Of a DNA stretch of 64,000 nucleotides, positions 24,901 through 39,300 are shown in pieces. Position 1 is the first letter of the stretch. Every line of letters starts with the position of its first letter. The stretch comes from Mobula hypostoma (Eukaryota). The stretch lies in assembly GCF_963921235.1 (NCBI RefSeq), contig NC_086101.1:9922001-9986000 (forward strand), in the 5' to 3' direction. The translations under genes and the position numbers were made by a program. A model generated the notes under the pieces. It saw only the letters and a program-made list of their open reading frames with translations. It was not told where the DNA came from and searched no databases.

Positions 24901-25900
24901 AAGCCTTTTAGGACCGAGATGAGGAAGAACTTCTTCACACAGAGAGTGGTAAATCTGTGGAATTCTCTGCCACAGGAAACAGTTGAGGCCAGTTCATTGG
25001 CTATATTTAAGAGGGAGTTAGATATGGCCCTTAAAAGGATCAGGGGGTATGGAGAGAAGGCAGGTACAGGGTTCTGAGTTGGATGATCAGCCATGATTGT
25101 ACTGAATGGCGGTGCAGGGTCGAAGGGCCGAATGGCCTACTCCTGCACCTGTTTTCTATGTTTCTCTGTTTTCAGGATATTATGGATGTGTTTAGATACA
25201 TGGCGGGTCCTGACATGAGGGAGGTAAACTACCATGCATGTTTCCTTTTTGCGTCCACAGAATCTGTCCTCCTAAGTATAGAGTCCCCTATTGCTGCTGC
25301 AATCCTCTTCAGTTTCCTGCCCTTCTGAAACACAGGACCAGTCTCAGTCCCAGAGGCAAGGCCACTGTTGCTTCCCCCAGGCAGCACCCACCGCCCCCCC
25401 CCCCCACAGCAGTACTCAAAATAGAGTACTTGTTGTTGAGGGGGCAGTCACAGGTGTGCCCTCAACTATCTGTGGTTCTCCATTCCCTCTCCTGACAGTC
25501 CACCCATTTATCTGTCTCCTGTAGCCTTGGGGTGACTACCTCCCTGTAGTTCCTGTCTATCACTGCTTTACTTTCCCTATCAATCTGAAGGTCGTCGAGC
25601 TGCAGCTTTAATACGGTCTCGAAGAAGCTGCACCTCCACGAACCTGGTGCAGATTTGGCCTTCAGGAAGGCTGGAAGTCCTGCATCTGACACCCAGAACA
25701 GAACCCCGGCTCTGTAGACATACCCCTACTCTCTCAAGAGTTAATTCAGGAAAAAAAAAGAAATAAGGAATTAACTTACCTACTTATCTTGATCTGCCTG
25801 TTCTCACCGAAGCCTTGTTGAGCCAAAGCCTTACTACTCTGACTTAGACTACTCTGACAATGGCTGCTCCACTAGGCGGAACCCCTCTTTTTTAGAGACT
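21925..25900 (-). mobile_element. CR1 LINE remnants, containing a nested plus-strand CR1
   Basis: QGSVLGPLLFTLFVNDLD...KFAVDTK; APE IIYRLPNS...DFNM; ORF1 VHIGANDIG. Confidence 0.8.
24421..25168 (+). mobile_element. Young CR1 3' fragment with an open ORF2 C-terminus
   Basis: RDLGVIV...LVRPHLEYCVQFWSP...FFTQRVVNLWNSLP, followed by a (TTTCTATG)-like tail. Confidence 0.9.
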
Positions 25901-28134
25901 GGAGATTTAAGGCTCTTCGCTGGACCTGCGTGGGAATGCTTCTGTTGTGTCTGCACAGTACTCAGTGAAACACTTTGGCCAGGGAATCTCCTTTTTGAGC
26001 CCCTAACTATCAAGTCCCCTATAACTACTGCCTTCCCTGACTTTACCCTTTCCTGTCAAGCCTCAGAGCCAGCCCCAGTGCTAACAGCCTGGCAGCTGCT
26101 GTAATATGATGTGTTATCCCCCGAGCAGTATCCAAAGGGATATAATTGTTGCTGAGGGGAAGAGGCACAGGGGAGTCCTGCACAGATTTTTTTAAATCCT
26201 ATCCATCTAATGTCCAAAGCCTCTGACACCGACATACAGTCCTCTCACCTGAGCCATAAGACCATAAGATATAGGAGCAGAAGTAGGACATTCGGCCCAT
26301 TGAGTCTGCTCTGTCATTCAATCATGGGCTGATCCAATTCTTCCAGTCATTCCAACTCCCCTGCCTTCTCCCCAATACCTTTTGATGGCTTGGCTAATCA
26401 AGAACCTATCTATCTCTGCCTTAAATACACTGAATGACTTGTCCTCCACAGCCACTTGTGGCTACATATTCCACAGATTTACCTACCTCTGACTAAAGTA
26501 ATTTCTCCGCATCGCTGTTCTAAATGGACGTCCTTCAAATCTGAAGTTGTGCCCTCTTGTCCTAGACTCCCCTAGCATGGGAAATAACTTTGCCATATCT
26601 AATCTGTTCAGGCCTTTTAACATTCGGAATGTTTCTATGAGATCCCCCCTCATCCTCCTGAACTCCAGGGAATACAGTCCAAGAGCTTCCAGAGGAGCCA
26701 GCAAGAAAAGTTTGCAGACTTGCAGACCCCAGTCAGATCGGACAGGCAACAAATTTTCCTCCACAATTACCATTGGCATAAGTGTGCCACAAGTCTGTGT
26801 ACATAGACACCTGCTTTACTCGCTTTATACTTGTGACTGTGGGGCTAAGCAGAGTTCCAACTCCATATTTTCAGTTTGCTGATGACTGTTGTTAGCCGAA
26901 ACAAAGGTGGTGAGAAATCAGCTTATGGGGGAAAGATTGAAAACCTAGCTGAGTGGTGCCACACCAACATTCAATGTCAGCAAGACCAAAGATATGATTA
27001 TTGACTTCAGGAGGAGGAAGATGAAGGATCATGAGCCAATTCTCATTGGGGTGTTGCAAAGGGGAAGAGTCTGCAACTTTAAATTCTTCAGTGTTATCAT
27101 TTCAGAGGATCTGTCTTGGGTCCAGGACATAAGCGCATTACAGGGAAAGTATCTCTAATTTCTTAGAAACATAGAACATAGAACAGGATCAGGCCCTTCA
27201 ATAATCAAGACATCCATGACTCTCAGTTAAAAAACTTACCCCTCACATCCCCGCGAACCTACACAAACCCACCATCACGTCCTGGAGGCCACATGGCTGG
27301 CAGCGGATGTGTGTGCCCACACTGTTGACGTACAGGATCCATCTGAACTGTGTTGAATGAGCGACACGACAAGTACAGACACAGACATCCATTCATACCT
27401 GCTCACGTACAGAGGGCAAACGTGGACATGTTATGCAGGCGCTGGAAATAATAATGATAAATAAATGAATTTGAATCTGAGCCATGCACTGTGAATGTTG
27501 CACCTGCATAGGTTCTCAATGAATAAAAATAAACTTGAAATAGCAAAATTGTGGGCCAAAGGGTCTGTTCCTGTACTATACTGTTCTGTGTTCTTTGTAT
27601 TCAGAAAGTTATGAGTTTGAGACAGACCGTGGAAAGGAGGGTTTAGTTGTTAATGTGGTGCTGGGGGAGATTTGCGGTGTGGAAGGGGCCAGTACTACAG
27701 GATGGGGGGGAGTGAGGATGGGTGGTAATGACAGAAGGGTGGTAGTGAGAGAGATTGGTACTGAGGGGGTTTTACAGAGGAAGGGTAGGGTGCTGAGCGG
27801 GTATTTAGAGGGAGGACATACTGCTGAGGGAGGGGTGATAATGATGGGGTTAGTTGTGGGAGAGTGTAAATGCTGACGTTGTGCTGTACTGTGGGAGGCT
27901 CAGTGTTAATGGTGCATCCCATTGTGGGAGGGTTATTTTGAAGGAGGGTGGGGACTTTCCCACCCTGGTGCTCCACATTAATGTCCACTGCAGGAAATTT
28001 GCAAACCAATCCCTTGAAAGCAGCTTTCCCCCTCTCCCCTCTCGTCTCCCCTCCTACACCCCCTCTCCCCCCCTCTGCGCCCCTGTCTTCCTATTGCTTT
28101 CTCCCTTATCCTCTCACCCCTCACTCTTCCTACC

Positions 28135-28168
28135 TTCTCTCTCTCTCTCTCTCTCTCTCACACAGACA

Positions 28169-28211
<43 letters not shown>
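28135..28211. repeat. (CT)n(CA)n compound microsatellite
   Basis: Seen directly in the sequence. Confidence 0.95.
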
Positions 28212-28212
<1 letters not shown>

Positions 28213-30048
28213 AGGATCCCAGGAGTTGAGGTATCGGTCCTCTTTCCATCCCTGGAATGGGTTCTGTTCCTCGTCACAGAGGTATACATCAGCAGTACCT
28301 ACGGAGGGGAATAAACAGTTGACATTTTGAGCCAGAAACCTTTATCAGGACCGGAAAGGGGAAGAAACCAGAATAAGAAGGTGAGGGGAGAGGAAGGACT
28401 ACAAGCTGGCAGGTAATAGGTGAGACCAGGTGAGGGGTTGGTGGTGGGTGGAGGGGAGTAGGATGAAGTGAGAAGCAGGAGAGGGTGCAGGGGGATTTGC
28501 AAGCCTGGTGGACTCAGCCAATGTCCATTCTGCAGCTCCTGTTCTCACAGTCACAGGGTCTAACAGCACAGAAACAGGCCCTTCAGCCCAACTAGTCCAT
28601 GCCAGCCGAGACGCCCATTTAAACTGGTCCCATTTGCCAGCATCGGTCCATAACTGTCTAAAACTTTCCTATCCAATAAAAATCATTGATAGAGTGGACA
28701 GCTAGCGTATTTTTCCCAGGACAGAAATGGTTAATACAAGAGGGCATAACTTTGAGGTGTTTGAAGGAAAGGGAAGGGTAGACGTTAGAGGTAGGATTTT
28801 TTTTCGCAGAGATTAGTGGTGACAGGGACGCTGGTGGAGGCAGATACTTCCGGGGCATTTAAGAGACACTTAGACAGGCACACAGATGATAGCAAAACGG
28901 AGGGAAGGGTAGATTGATCTTGGAGCAGGTTGAAAGGTGAGCACAACATTGTGGGCTGAAGGGCCTGCTGTTCTGTAATGTTCCATGTTCTATCCAAGTA
29001 CCTGTCCAACCACCTTTTAAAAGTTGTTAATACAGCAGCCTCAACCACTTCCTCTATCAGCTCATTCCAAAAATACACCATGTTTTGTGTAAAAACTTGT
29101 GTAAAAAAGCATAAACACGAAGATTTTGGAAATCCTGAGTAACACACACAAAACGCTGAAGAAACTCAGCAGGTCAGGCAGCATTCATGGAGAGGAATAA
29201 ACAGTCGATATTTTGGGCTGAGACCTTCGTCAGACTCAGGAAAGTCTTGTCACCTCACGCTGTCTTCTCCCTTCAACCATCGGGCAGCAGGTACAGGAGC
29301 CTGAGACCCACACCACCAGGTCCAGGAACAGTTATTACCTGACAACCATCAGCTCCTGAATCCGTGTGGATAACATCACTCACCTCAACACTGAACTGAT
29401 TCCACAACTGAGAGCCTCACTTTCAAGAACTCGACAGCTCATGTTCTCAGTATTGTTATTTATTTATTTGTTAATTATTTGCACGATTTGTCTTCTTTTG
29501 CACATTGGTTGTTTGTCAGTCTTTGTTTATGTGGAGTTCTTTATATATTCTACTGTCTTTATTTTCCAGTCAATGCCTACAAAGAAAATAAATCTCAAGG
29601 TACTATCTGGTAACATACTGAAAATATGCCTTGACAATGAATTTTACTTTGTCTTTGACTTCTTTATAAAACAGGGATAAATCAGCCTGATTCTGAAAAC
29701 TAGATCGGTGAACGGTGATATTAAACTTACTTCTGATCCTGACTTCGGATCTGAGTTGCCGTCACTCTGGAGCTCTCTCACTGAGCTGCTTAGATTTAGG
29801 TTCAGATTTATTTATTCAGATTCATTTATTTATCACAAATCCATTGAAACATACAGTGAAATGTACCGTTTCCATTAAGACCCAACTCAAACTAAGGATG
29901 GGCTGACGGCAGCAAGTGTCATCACACATTCCAGCACCTACATGGGACGTCCACAATGTCAGCAGAACAACACAAGCAACAAGAAAACAACAGCAAAAAA
30001 AATCTTCCCACCCATTCTCTCTCTGCCTGTCTCTCTCTCTCTCACTCC

Positions 30049-30049
30049 A

Positions 30050-30089
<40 letters not shown>
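30049..30089. repeat. (CA)n microsatellite
   Basis: Seen directly in the sequence. Confidence 0.95.
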
Positions 30090-30092
<3 letters not shown>

Positions 30093-32329
30093 CTCCAACC
30101 CTAGGACAGGTCACCTCTAGGTCTCCAGTCCTTAGCCCCCGGACTCTCAAACTTGACAGGGCTTCTCTGAAAGAACTCAGAACACTGTGTCCATAGCACC
30201 TCTCAAAGACAAGCTGGTTGGGGTGGCAGGAAACCAGGAGCAACAAGGTGCCTTTAATGCACCTTAAGTCAACAGTGTGAACACAGTGAAGCATGCATCC
30301 CCAAGAGGGAGTTCAGAACAAGGCAACAATTTCAACATTTATGAACTGTATTGATCACAGGACCCAGGCTGGTTGAGGGTTAAACCAGACAGAGCTTCTT
30401 CCGTGAGAAGCGACGGAAAGTGATGAAGGAGTGGGAAATGATGAGGAACAGAAATGTTTGCCCAGCGTGACAGTGGGATTTTTGAATATCGATGAGCAGA
30501 GGAGGGTGTGACTGTCAGTTTAAATATAAACTTCCCCTGTAGTCTTACAGCCTCCCCAGAGTAACTAAACCCCGTAGGTTCAGGGGAAATAAGGTGGCAT
30601 TGATTTTCATCAGTGAAGTCATCAATCTCTCCCCCCACTGCCTCCCTGGCATATTAGTCTCCAGGCATGATGGCGGGATGTTCAGCTGTGTCTGAGGCTG
30701 TAAGATCTGATGATAACTGTGGATCAGAAGGTGTGAGTAAGCACAGTGATGGTTGAGCTGTGAATGCTTAAATGGGACAGCCAATCTCCTCCACGTGCCA
30801 AAGTGAGTTGAGTGTGATTGAGTGCAGGAGAGGGTAAAGAGGTACTGAGGAAGGCAGAGGACTCTCAGGACTTTCAGCTGCTGAGATGCAATTGGTTTAT
30901 CATGGTCACATGTACTGATACAGTGAAAAATCTCGTTTTGCATGCCGTCCATACAATTTATTTGAAAATATACATACATCAAGTGAGTACAAAGTAAAAA
31001 GCAATAACAGTGTGGAGAATGTAGGGTTAGTTATCAAGCAAGTTTTTTTAAGAAAGCTTAACTTTGTCATGCGTACATCGAAACATCGAAACATCGAAAC
31101 ATACAGTGAAATGTGTCGATGACGCCAACTATCAACACGGTCCGAGGATTGTGCTGGGGGCAGCCCTCAAGGGTTATCTTGCTTCTGGCACCAACATAGC
31201 ATACCCACAGCTTACTTACACTAAGCCCTAAGTCCTTGCGATATGGGAGGAAACTGGAGCACCCGGAGAAAAGCCACATGGTTATGGGAAGAACGTGCAA
31301 ACTCCTTGCAGACAGTGGTGTGGTCACTGGCGCAGTAAAGCATTCCCCTAAATGGCATACTACTGCACCATCTGTTGGTATTGGGGTATTATTGGCACAA
31401 GATGACACAAGAGGTACTGCAGATGCTGGAAATCTAGAGCAATACACACAATGTGCTGGAGGAGCGCAGAAGGTCAGGCAGCATCTACGGATGGGAATAA
31501 ACAGTCAACATTTCAGATTCAGACACGTCATCAGGACTGGAAAGTGAAGGGGGAAGAAGTCAGAATAAGAAGGCGAGGTGGGAAGGGACATTCCCAGGCA
31601 GAGCAGTTACCATGCCAAGCCGTGATACATCCGGATGGACCCTGATCTGACAGATTGGTAGGACGATCTTGAAGGGCTGAATAGTCTCTTCAAAGTCCTC
31701 TCATTTTATTTCCTGATTTGTGTGGTTTAATATTTGACTCTTTACTGCCTGATGGCATGGAAAATACTTTAAAATTCTGCTGGTCATCACTTGCAGAAAG
31801 AGACAAACTCACTTGACCTTTTACTTTCTGAGATCAGCTGGGGGAGGGATTTGAATATCGTGGTCCTCTGGGCCCTACTTGGTTTGGGTGACATATAATG
31901 TCAGCTTAACATCTTCTCCCTTTGTCCTTTCACGTCCTCTGTTGAACCAAGAAACAGCATAAAACTGGAAAGTGTGTTCAGAGTGTATCTCTGAGATGGG
32001 ATGTGGGTTCGTCTCGGAGTTCAACACACACTTTATCACCTTGCTGGGGTGGGAAATATATCTCAACACTGAGCACGTACCTCCCACAGAACAGTACCTC
32101 CTCACACACTCCGCCCCACACCCAAACCAGCACTCAGCATCTTTCTAATTCTCATAAACCTCTTTCCAGAGGCTGGTTTCACTGTGATGCCAGGGTCACC
32201 CATGTTTACCCAACCTTCTCATGCTGTGGAAACAACCCCTGAAGTTGCAGATGACTCTCTGGTGAAGGTGAGTACCAGAGACCAGAAGCACAGCTTACAC
32301 TGCCTGAGGTGATAAGGATGTCACAGTCA

Positions 32330-33180
32330 ATAGACAATAGGTGCAGGAGTAGGCCATTCGGCCCTTCAAGCCAGCACCACCATTCATTGTGATCATGGCT
32401 GATCATCCACAATCAGTATCCAGTTCCTGCCTTACCCCCATAACCTTTGATTCTGCTATCTTTAAGAGCTCTATCCATCTCTTTCTTGAAAGCATCCAGA
32501 GACTTGGCCTCCACTGCCTTCTGAGGCAGAGCATTCCACATATCCACCACTCTCTGGGTGAAAAAGTTTTCCCTCAACTCCGTTCTAAATGTCCTACCCC
32601 TTATTCTTAAACTGTGGCCTCTGGTTCTGGACTCACCCATCAGCGGGAACATGCTTCCTGCCTCCAGCGTGCCCAATCCTTGAATAAACTTATATGTTTC
32701 AATCAGATCCCATCTCATCCTTCTAAATTCCAGTGTATACAAGCCCAGTCACTCCAATCTTTCAACATATGACATCCCAGGAATTAACCTTGTGAACCTA
32801 CGCTGCACTCCTTCAATAGTAAGAACGTCCTTCCTCAAATTTGGAGACCAAAACTGCACACAATACTCCAGGTGTGGTCTCACCAGGGCCCTATACAGCT
32901 GCAGAAGGACCTCTTTGCTCCTATACTCAATTCCCCTTGTTATGGCCAGCATGCCATTAGCTTTCTTCACTGCCTGCTGTACCTGCATGCTTGCTTTCAG
33001 TGACTGATGTACAAGAACACCTAGATCTCATTGTACTTCCCCTTTTCCTAACTTGACTCCATTTAGATAGTAATCTGCCTTCCTTTCTTACCACCAAAGT
33101 GGATAACCTCACATTTATCCACATTAAACTGCATCTGCCATGCATCCGCCCACTCACCCAGCCTGTCCAAGTCACCCTGC
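32330..33180 (-). mobile_element. CR1 3' fragment
   Basis: LYRALVRPHLEYCVQFWSP and FFTQRVVDMWNALP. Confidence 0.88.
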
Positions 33181-33339
33181 CGCGTTCCGCTAGCGTAACA
33201 CTCCACAGCGCCAGCAATCGGTGTAATCCCCACCACTGTCTGTAAGGAGTTTGTACATTCTCCCCACGACCACGTGGGAACTACAGTATCCTCTACATTC
33301 AAAAGACCTACGCGTTTCGGGAGTTGATAGAGCTGTTGG

Positions 33340-35340
33340 GAGTGGGATGGGAAGCAGTATAATAGAGCTGAGAATGAGCCAGCAGGTTTACAAGAAGATG
33401 TTGGGTGTAATATGAACATAAAAAAAGGACAAGCCGATCACTGGGTACAAATGCAGACTGTGCAAAGAGTTCAATTGTACCACAGAGGCAAAAGAGAGGA
33501 AAGAGTGCTGGACTGAAGCTGTAGTTAAATACATGTAGTATTCGGAATAAGGCGGATGAACTCGTGGTGCAATTAGAGATTGGTCAGTATTAAGTTATGT
33601 GCAGCACTGAGTGGATGAAAGAAGGTCATAGTGGGAGCTTAATATCAAAGAGTATACTTTGTATCAAAAGGACAGGCAGGAAGGCATCGGTGTTGGCGTG
33701 GCTCTGTTGGTAAGAGACGGAATTACATCTTTTAAAAGAATGACATGGGGTCAGAGAATGGCAAATCTTTATAAGTGGAGTTAAAAAACCGCAAGGGTAA
33801 AAAAAAATATTATGGGAATCATATATAGGCCTCCAAATATTAGCCGAGATGTGGGGTTGAGATTGCAAAGGGAGCTGGAAAGGAAGGGTATGTAATAAGA
33901 GTAATGTCACAATTATAATGTAGACTTCAATATCCCAGGGATTGAGAAAATCAGGATGGTGTCAAATCACGAGAGAGCAAATTTTTTGAATGCCTACAAG
34001 ATGGCTTTTTAGAGCAGCTTGTGCTTGAGTCTACAAGGGGAAAGGCTATCTTAGATTGGATGCTGTGTAATCATCCAGATTTTATTAGGGAGCTTAAGGT
34101 AAAGTAACCTTTAGGTGAAAGTGATCAAAATATGATTGAATTCATACTGAAATCTAAGAGGGAGAAGCATAACTCACATGTATCAGCATCACAACGGAAT
34201 AAAGGGAATTCCAGAGGCATGAGAGAAGAGCTTGCCCAGGTGGATTGGAGGGGGATACTGGTGGGGATGACAGCGGAGCAGAGATAGCTGAAATTTCTGG
34301 GAGTAGTTCACAAGGAGCAGGATAGATATGTCCCACAGAAGTTATTCTCAGATGGTGGGGTTGGCAGACAAGGGAAGTTAAGGACTGCATAAAAGCCAAG
34401 GAAAGGGGATACAAGCTAGCAAAAGCGAGTGAGAAGTTGGATGATTGGAAAGATTTAAAATCTAACAAAAGGCAACTTAAAAAGCCATAGAACTGGAAAA
34501 GATGAAATACGAGGACAGACTAGCCAATAATATAATGCAGGATAACAAAAGTTTTTCAGTCATATAAAGATTAAAAGGGAGGTGAGAGTTGATATTGGGC
34601 CACTGGAAAGTGATGCAGGTGAGGTAGTAATGGGGGACAAAGAAATGGCAGATGAACTTAATCAGTACTTTGCATCAGTCTATACTATGGAAGACTGCAG
34701 CAGCGAGCCAGAGGTCCATGGTCATGGAGCAGGAGTGAGTGCCATTCATATTACAAAGGAAAAAGTGCTAGGCAAACTGAAAGGTCTGAAGGTGGATAAA
34801 TCACCTGGACCAGATGGACTACATTCCAGAGTCCTGAAAGAGGTTGCTGAAGAGATAGCAAATGCATTGCTTATGATCTTTCAAGAATCACTTAGTTCTG
34901 AAGGACTGGAAAATTGCAAATGTCACTCCACTCTTTAAGAAGGGAGGAAGGCAAAAGAAATTATAGGCTAGTTAGCCTAACCTCAGTGGTTGGGAAAGTG
35001 TTGGTATCTATTATTAAGGATGATGTTTTGGGGTACTTGGAGACTAACAATAAAATAAGTTACATGGGCCTTAGAAAAATAGAGGGCTGTAGGTAAGCCC
35101 AGATAGTTTTAAGGTAAGGACATGTTTGGCACAGCTTTGTGGGCCGAAGGGCCTGTATTGTGTTGTAGGTTTTCTGTGTTTCTATGTTTCTAAGTTAAAG
35201 TCAGCCCTGTTTCTGTGAAGGGAAATCTTGCCTGAAAAATATGTTAGAATTCTTCGAAGTAGTAACAAGTAGGAAGGACAAAGGATAGGCAGTGGATGTC
35301 ATTTACTTGGATATTAAGAAGGCATTTGTTAAGATGCCAC
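33340..35340 (+). mobile_element. CR1 ORF2 fragment (APE to RT start)
   Basis: DKSPGPDGLHSRVLKE and NYRLVSLTSVVGK. Confidence 0.8.
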
Positions 35341-35859
35341 ACTGCCACATCTCATCCAGCAGCTTCTGACACATTTCCACACTCCAGCCCTCCCTCATCT
35401 GGATCAGCTGCCAGCTCTTACTCCACCTTTCTGTACCGACCATCTCCCTATTTCTTCCAGACCAGATGAAGGGTCTGGAGCTGAAACATCAACTGTCCAC
35501 TTCCCTCCATAGATGCTACCTGACATGCTGGGAGTATCCGGCACTTTGTGTGTTACTACCACGACATGTCTCATCCTCCCAAGGTTCACCTTGACCTCTC
35601 TCTTCCAGTCAGCAACACCACCACTTGTCCCTGTTAACCCACGTCAGTGCCGGTGTACTTTAGGACCCAGGAGAGCTGGAGAGCTCAGGACCCACCGCCC
35701 GCGGCTGCTGCTGAACCCGCAGTGTTTCTGTTCCGTTGACTGATGCGGTGAACGAGTTAAAATTAATGGATCAATCATTCTCACATCGTGTTATTTCACT
35801 CTCCGCACATTTATATTTACACTGACTTACTCCTGACGTCGGTCCCGGACCCGACCCGT

Positions 35860-36392
35860 TTACAGACCCGGAGCGGGACCGGAGCAGATTCTCAGCCACT
35901 GGTTTTCATCCCAAGTCCAGAAGAAAGGATAAAGTTTCTCCGTGAATTTATTCCCAGTGAAGGTGTGGAGATGGGACTTAGTCTCCGCATTGTAAAATGA
36001 AACTGTCCCGGACTCGTAACTGAGATAAACTCCCACCCTCCCGGGGATGGGACCGACAGTTAGACAGGATTCAGGGGAGGTGAAAGCATTGTTCCCGTGA
36101 TCATCCCGCTCGATGATCCAGAATCCAGTCTGCAGACTCGCTCTGACCGCTCCCTTCCTGTCCACAGACTCTGCGGCGACTCCCAGACACCAGCCCTGAT
36201 TTCCTGCCACCTGCACCTCCCAGTAATGTCTCCCCGATGTGAATCCCTCCGATCCCAGCACACAAAGCCAGTATGTGAACCTCTTCCCGGTGTCAGGGAG
36301 ATCCCTCCGGGTCTCGGAACACCTCATGCTCTTCCGATCCTCAGACACCTCGAGCCACGGATTCGCCGTTTCCACATCCAGGGTGACAGAGA
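35860..36392 (-). CDS. TRIM-B exon 6 (B30.2/PRY-SPRY domain), 533 nt
   Basis: Pyrimidine-rich acceptor ...ccccag|TCTCTGTCACC; (V)SVTLDVETANPWLEVSED...GRHYWEVQV...LYPFFWTWDENQWLRICSGPAPGL*. Confidence 0.95.
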
Positions 36393-39300
36393 CTGGGGGG
36401 AGAAGCAGAGAATTAGAGAGTCCCCGGGGATCTGGGGGAGAGACTGCTATCCAGATGTCTTTTAAATTATTGTAGCTGTACCCATCTCTATAGCTTCCTC
36501 TGGCAGCCTCCAAAGCTTCTGGGAAAAGTCCCCCAGCCTATTCAGCATCTCCTTATAACCTAAACACTCATCCTGGTAACATCCTTGTAAATCTGTTTTG
36601 CACCCTCTCCAGTTTCATGACATCCTTCCCATAGCAAGGTAACCAGAACTGTACACAGTGCTCCAAATGTGGGAGTACCAATATCTTCTACACACATAAT
36701 GTTTCAGCTCCTGTACTCAGTATTCTGACTGATGAAAGCAATCACCTCCTCTTGTCTCTGTTCCACAACACTCTCCAGCACCCCACCAATTGCTGTATAA
36801 ATCCTGTCCCGGTTTACCTTACCAAAATGCAACATTTCTCTGAATTAAAATCCATCTGCCTTTGAATGGCTAACTGGCCCAGTTGATCAAGATCCTGCTG
36901 TAATTTTGGATAAATTGGTGTAGTTCATGGGAGCCTTGATAGCATAGTGGATAACATGACACTATTAAGGCTTGGGGCATTCTGGAGCGCAGTTCTGGTG
37001 CTGTCTGTAAGTGGGTTGTACGTTCTCCCCATAACCATGTGGATTCCCTCTGTGTGCTCCAGATTAATCCCACAAAACAAAGACATACGGATTACAAGGT
37101 TAACTGGTCATTGGAAATTGTTCTGTGATTCCGATAGTATTAAATAGCAGACAGGGGAAAATCTGCAGATGCTGGAAGTCCAAGCAACACACCCAAAATG
37201 CGGGAGGAACTCAGGAGGCCAGGTAGCATTTTGTGTGCGTTGCCGGTATTAAATATCTAGGTTGCTGAGCAGTGTGGCTGGAAGGGCCTGTTTCACACTT
37301 TATCTTGAAATTAATGAAGCCTCTTCACCGCCCACTGTACCACCAATTGCAGAGTCCTCCACAAATCAACTAAATATGTCATCTATATTTCCTTCCAAAT
37401 CATTCATATGAATGATGAAAAACAGTGGACCCAGCACCGATCCCTGCAGCACACCTCTGGTCAAAGGACTCCACCCAGCCAATTCTGCATTGAATTGGCC
37501 AGTTCGTAATGTATCCCATGTGACCTAACTCTGTGGAATAACCTACCATGAAGTACCGATGCACTTCCATCATTCTTCTTTTTCACCTATGCAGAAAGCC
37601 AAACTGGGTGTCCCTAATTAGTCCTTGCCTTTCCAAATGAATGTAAATCCTGTCTCTCAGAATCCCCTCCATTATTGTTCGGCTCACCAGCAATGTTAGG
37701 CTCACCGGTCTGTACTTCCCCGGCTTTTCCCTACAGCCGATCTTCAATAAATGTTCAACATTAGTCTCCCTCCAGTCTTCTGACCCCTCACCCACAGCTA
37801 TCGATGACACACGTATCTCCAAAATGGACTCCACACTTTCCTCCTGAGCTTCTCACAATGTCCCGAGATACACTTGATCAGGACCTGGGGATTTATCAAC
37901 CTTTCTGTATTTTAGGACCTGCAGCACATTTGCTTCTGCAATGTGGTAGAAAATGAGGTCGATCATCTCCTGTAACACAGGGGAATTGAGGGCCCTGTGG
38001 AACTGGCACAGAAGAGGAGTTGAGGCCCAGGACAGAGAAATGATGGCAGGGAAGGTTTGGAAAGAATCGGAATCAGAATCAGAATCAGGTTTATTATCAT
38101 CGGCATGTGACGTGAAATTTGTTAATTTGGCAGCAGCAGCTCAATGCAATACATAATCTAGAAGAAATAAAAAATAAATAAAATAATAAATAATAAATAA
38201 ACAAGTAAATTAATTACAGTAATGTATATTGAATGGTTTTTTTTTTAAGTGCAAAAAGCAGAAATACTGTATATTGAAAAAAGTGAGGTAGTGTCCAAGG
38301 ATTAAATGTCCATTTAGAAATTGGATGGCAGGGGGGAAGAAGCTGTTCCTGAATCACTGAGTATGTGCCTTCAGGCTTCTGTGCCTCCTACCTGATGGTA
38401 ACAGTGAGAAAAGGGCATGCCCTGGGTGCTGGAGATACAGGCCATATGCAGGTAAATGGACTGGGGGGTGGGGTTGATCTGACAGAAATATACAAGGGTA
38501 TGAGGGATGTAGATTGAGCAGATGGTTGAAATCTCCTTCCCACAGGAGGGGGGATCAAATACAAGAGGTCACATGTCTCAGGTGAGAGGAAGGAGTTTAA
38601 AGGTGAGTGTATTTGAACAGTGAGTGTTTGATGTTGGAACTTGCTGCAAGAGGAGGTGATGGAATCAGATATAATCACTGTGTTTACGAGACACTCAGAC
38701 AGACACTTCAATAGACAAGGCACAGAAGGAGACTGAACAAATGCCAGCCGATGGGATGAGTGTAGGTGGTCAGCACAGAGGTGATGGGTCCCAGGGCCTA
38801 CTTCTGTGCAGTACGGCGATGACTCTGTGACTTTAAATGAACTGAATGACTGAGACCCCACAGCCTCCAGTGCAGAGAATTCCAGACACACCATCCTCAG
38901 AGGGTTCACCCCATCCTGAGACAGTGACCCCTAACCCTTGATTCCCCAGACAGGGGTAACATCCTGCCTGATGAGTGCAGTTTGTGTTTCCCTGAGATCT
39001 CCTCGCTGATTCTTCCAAACAGGGTACAGAGAACACAGAATAGCACAGCACAGGAACAGGCCCCTCATTCTATATGATGTGACTGATCAATTCCTCTTCT
39101 GTACCAGTCCCCCAAAACCGCCATCCCTCAACCTTTGAAAATGTTCTGACTCCACCTCAAATACATTCAAAAATCAGGGCTCACTCAACCTGCTGGAGCA
39201 ACTCAGCGGGTTGAGCAGCACCCGCGGGAGGAAAGCCACCTTCGACACTTCGGGTTGAGACCATCAGGACTGAGAGGAGAAGGGGAGGGACAAGGCAGGA

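Noticed and set aside
24403..25077. 224-aa ORF as a host gene
   Set aside because: It is the C-terminus of CR1 ORF2 in a 5'-truncated copy.
36393..36513. Stand-alone single-exon SPRY gene starting at the ORF-track Met
   Set aside because: A good splice acceptor precedes 36392 and its phase matches exon 5; the upstream part is intron.
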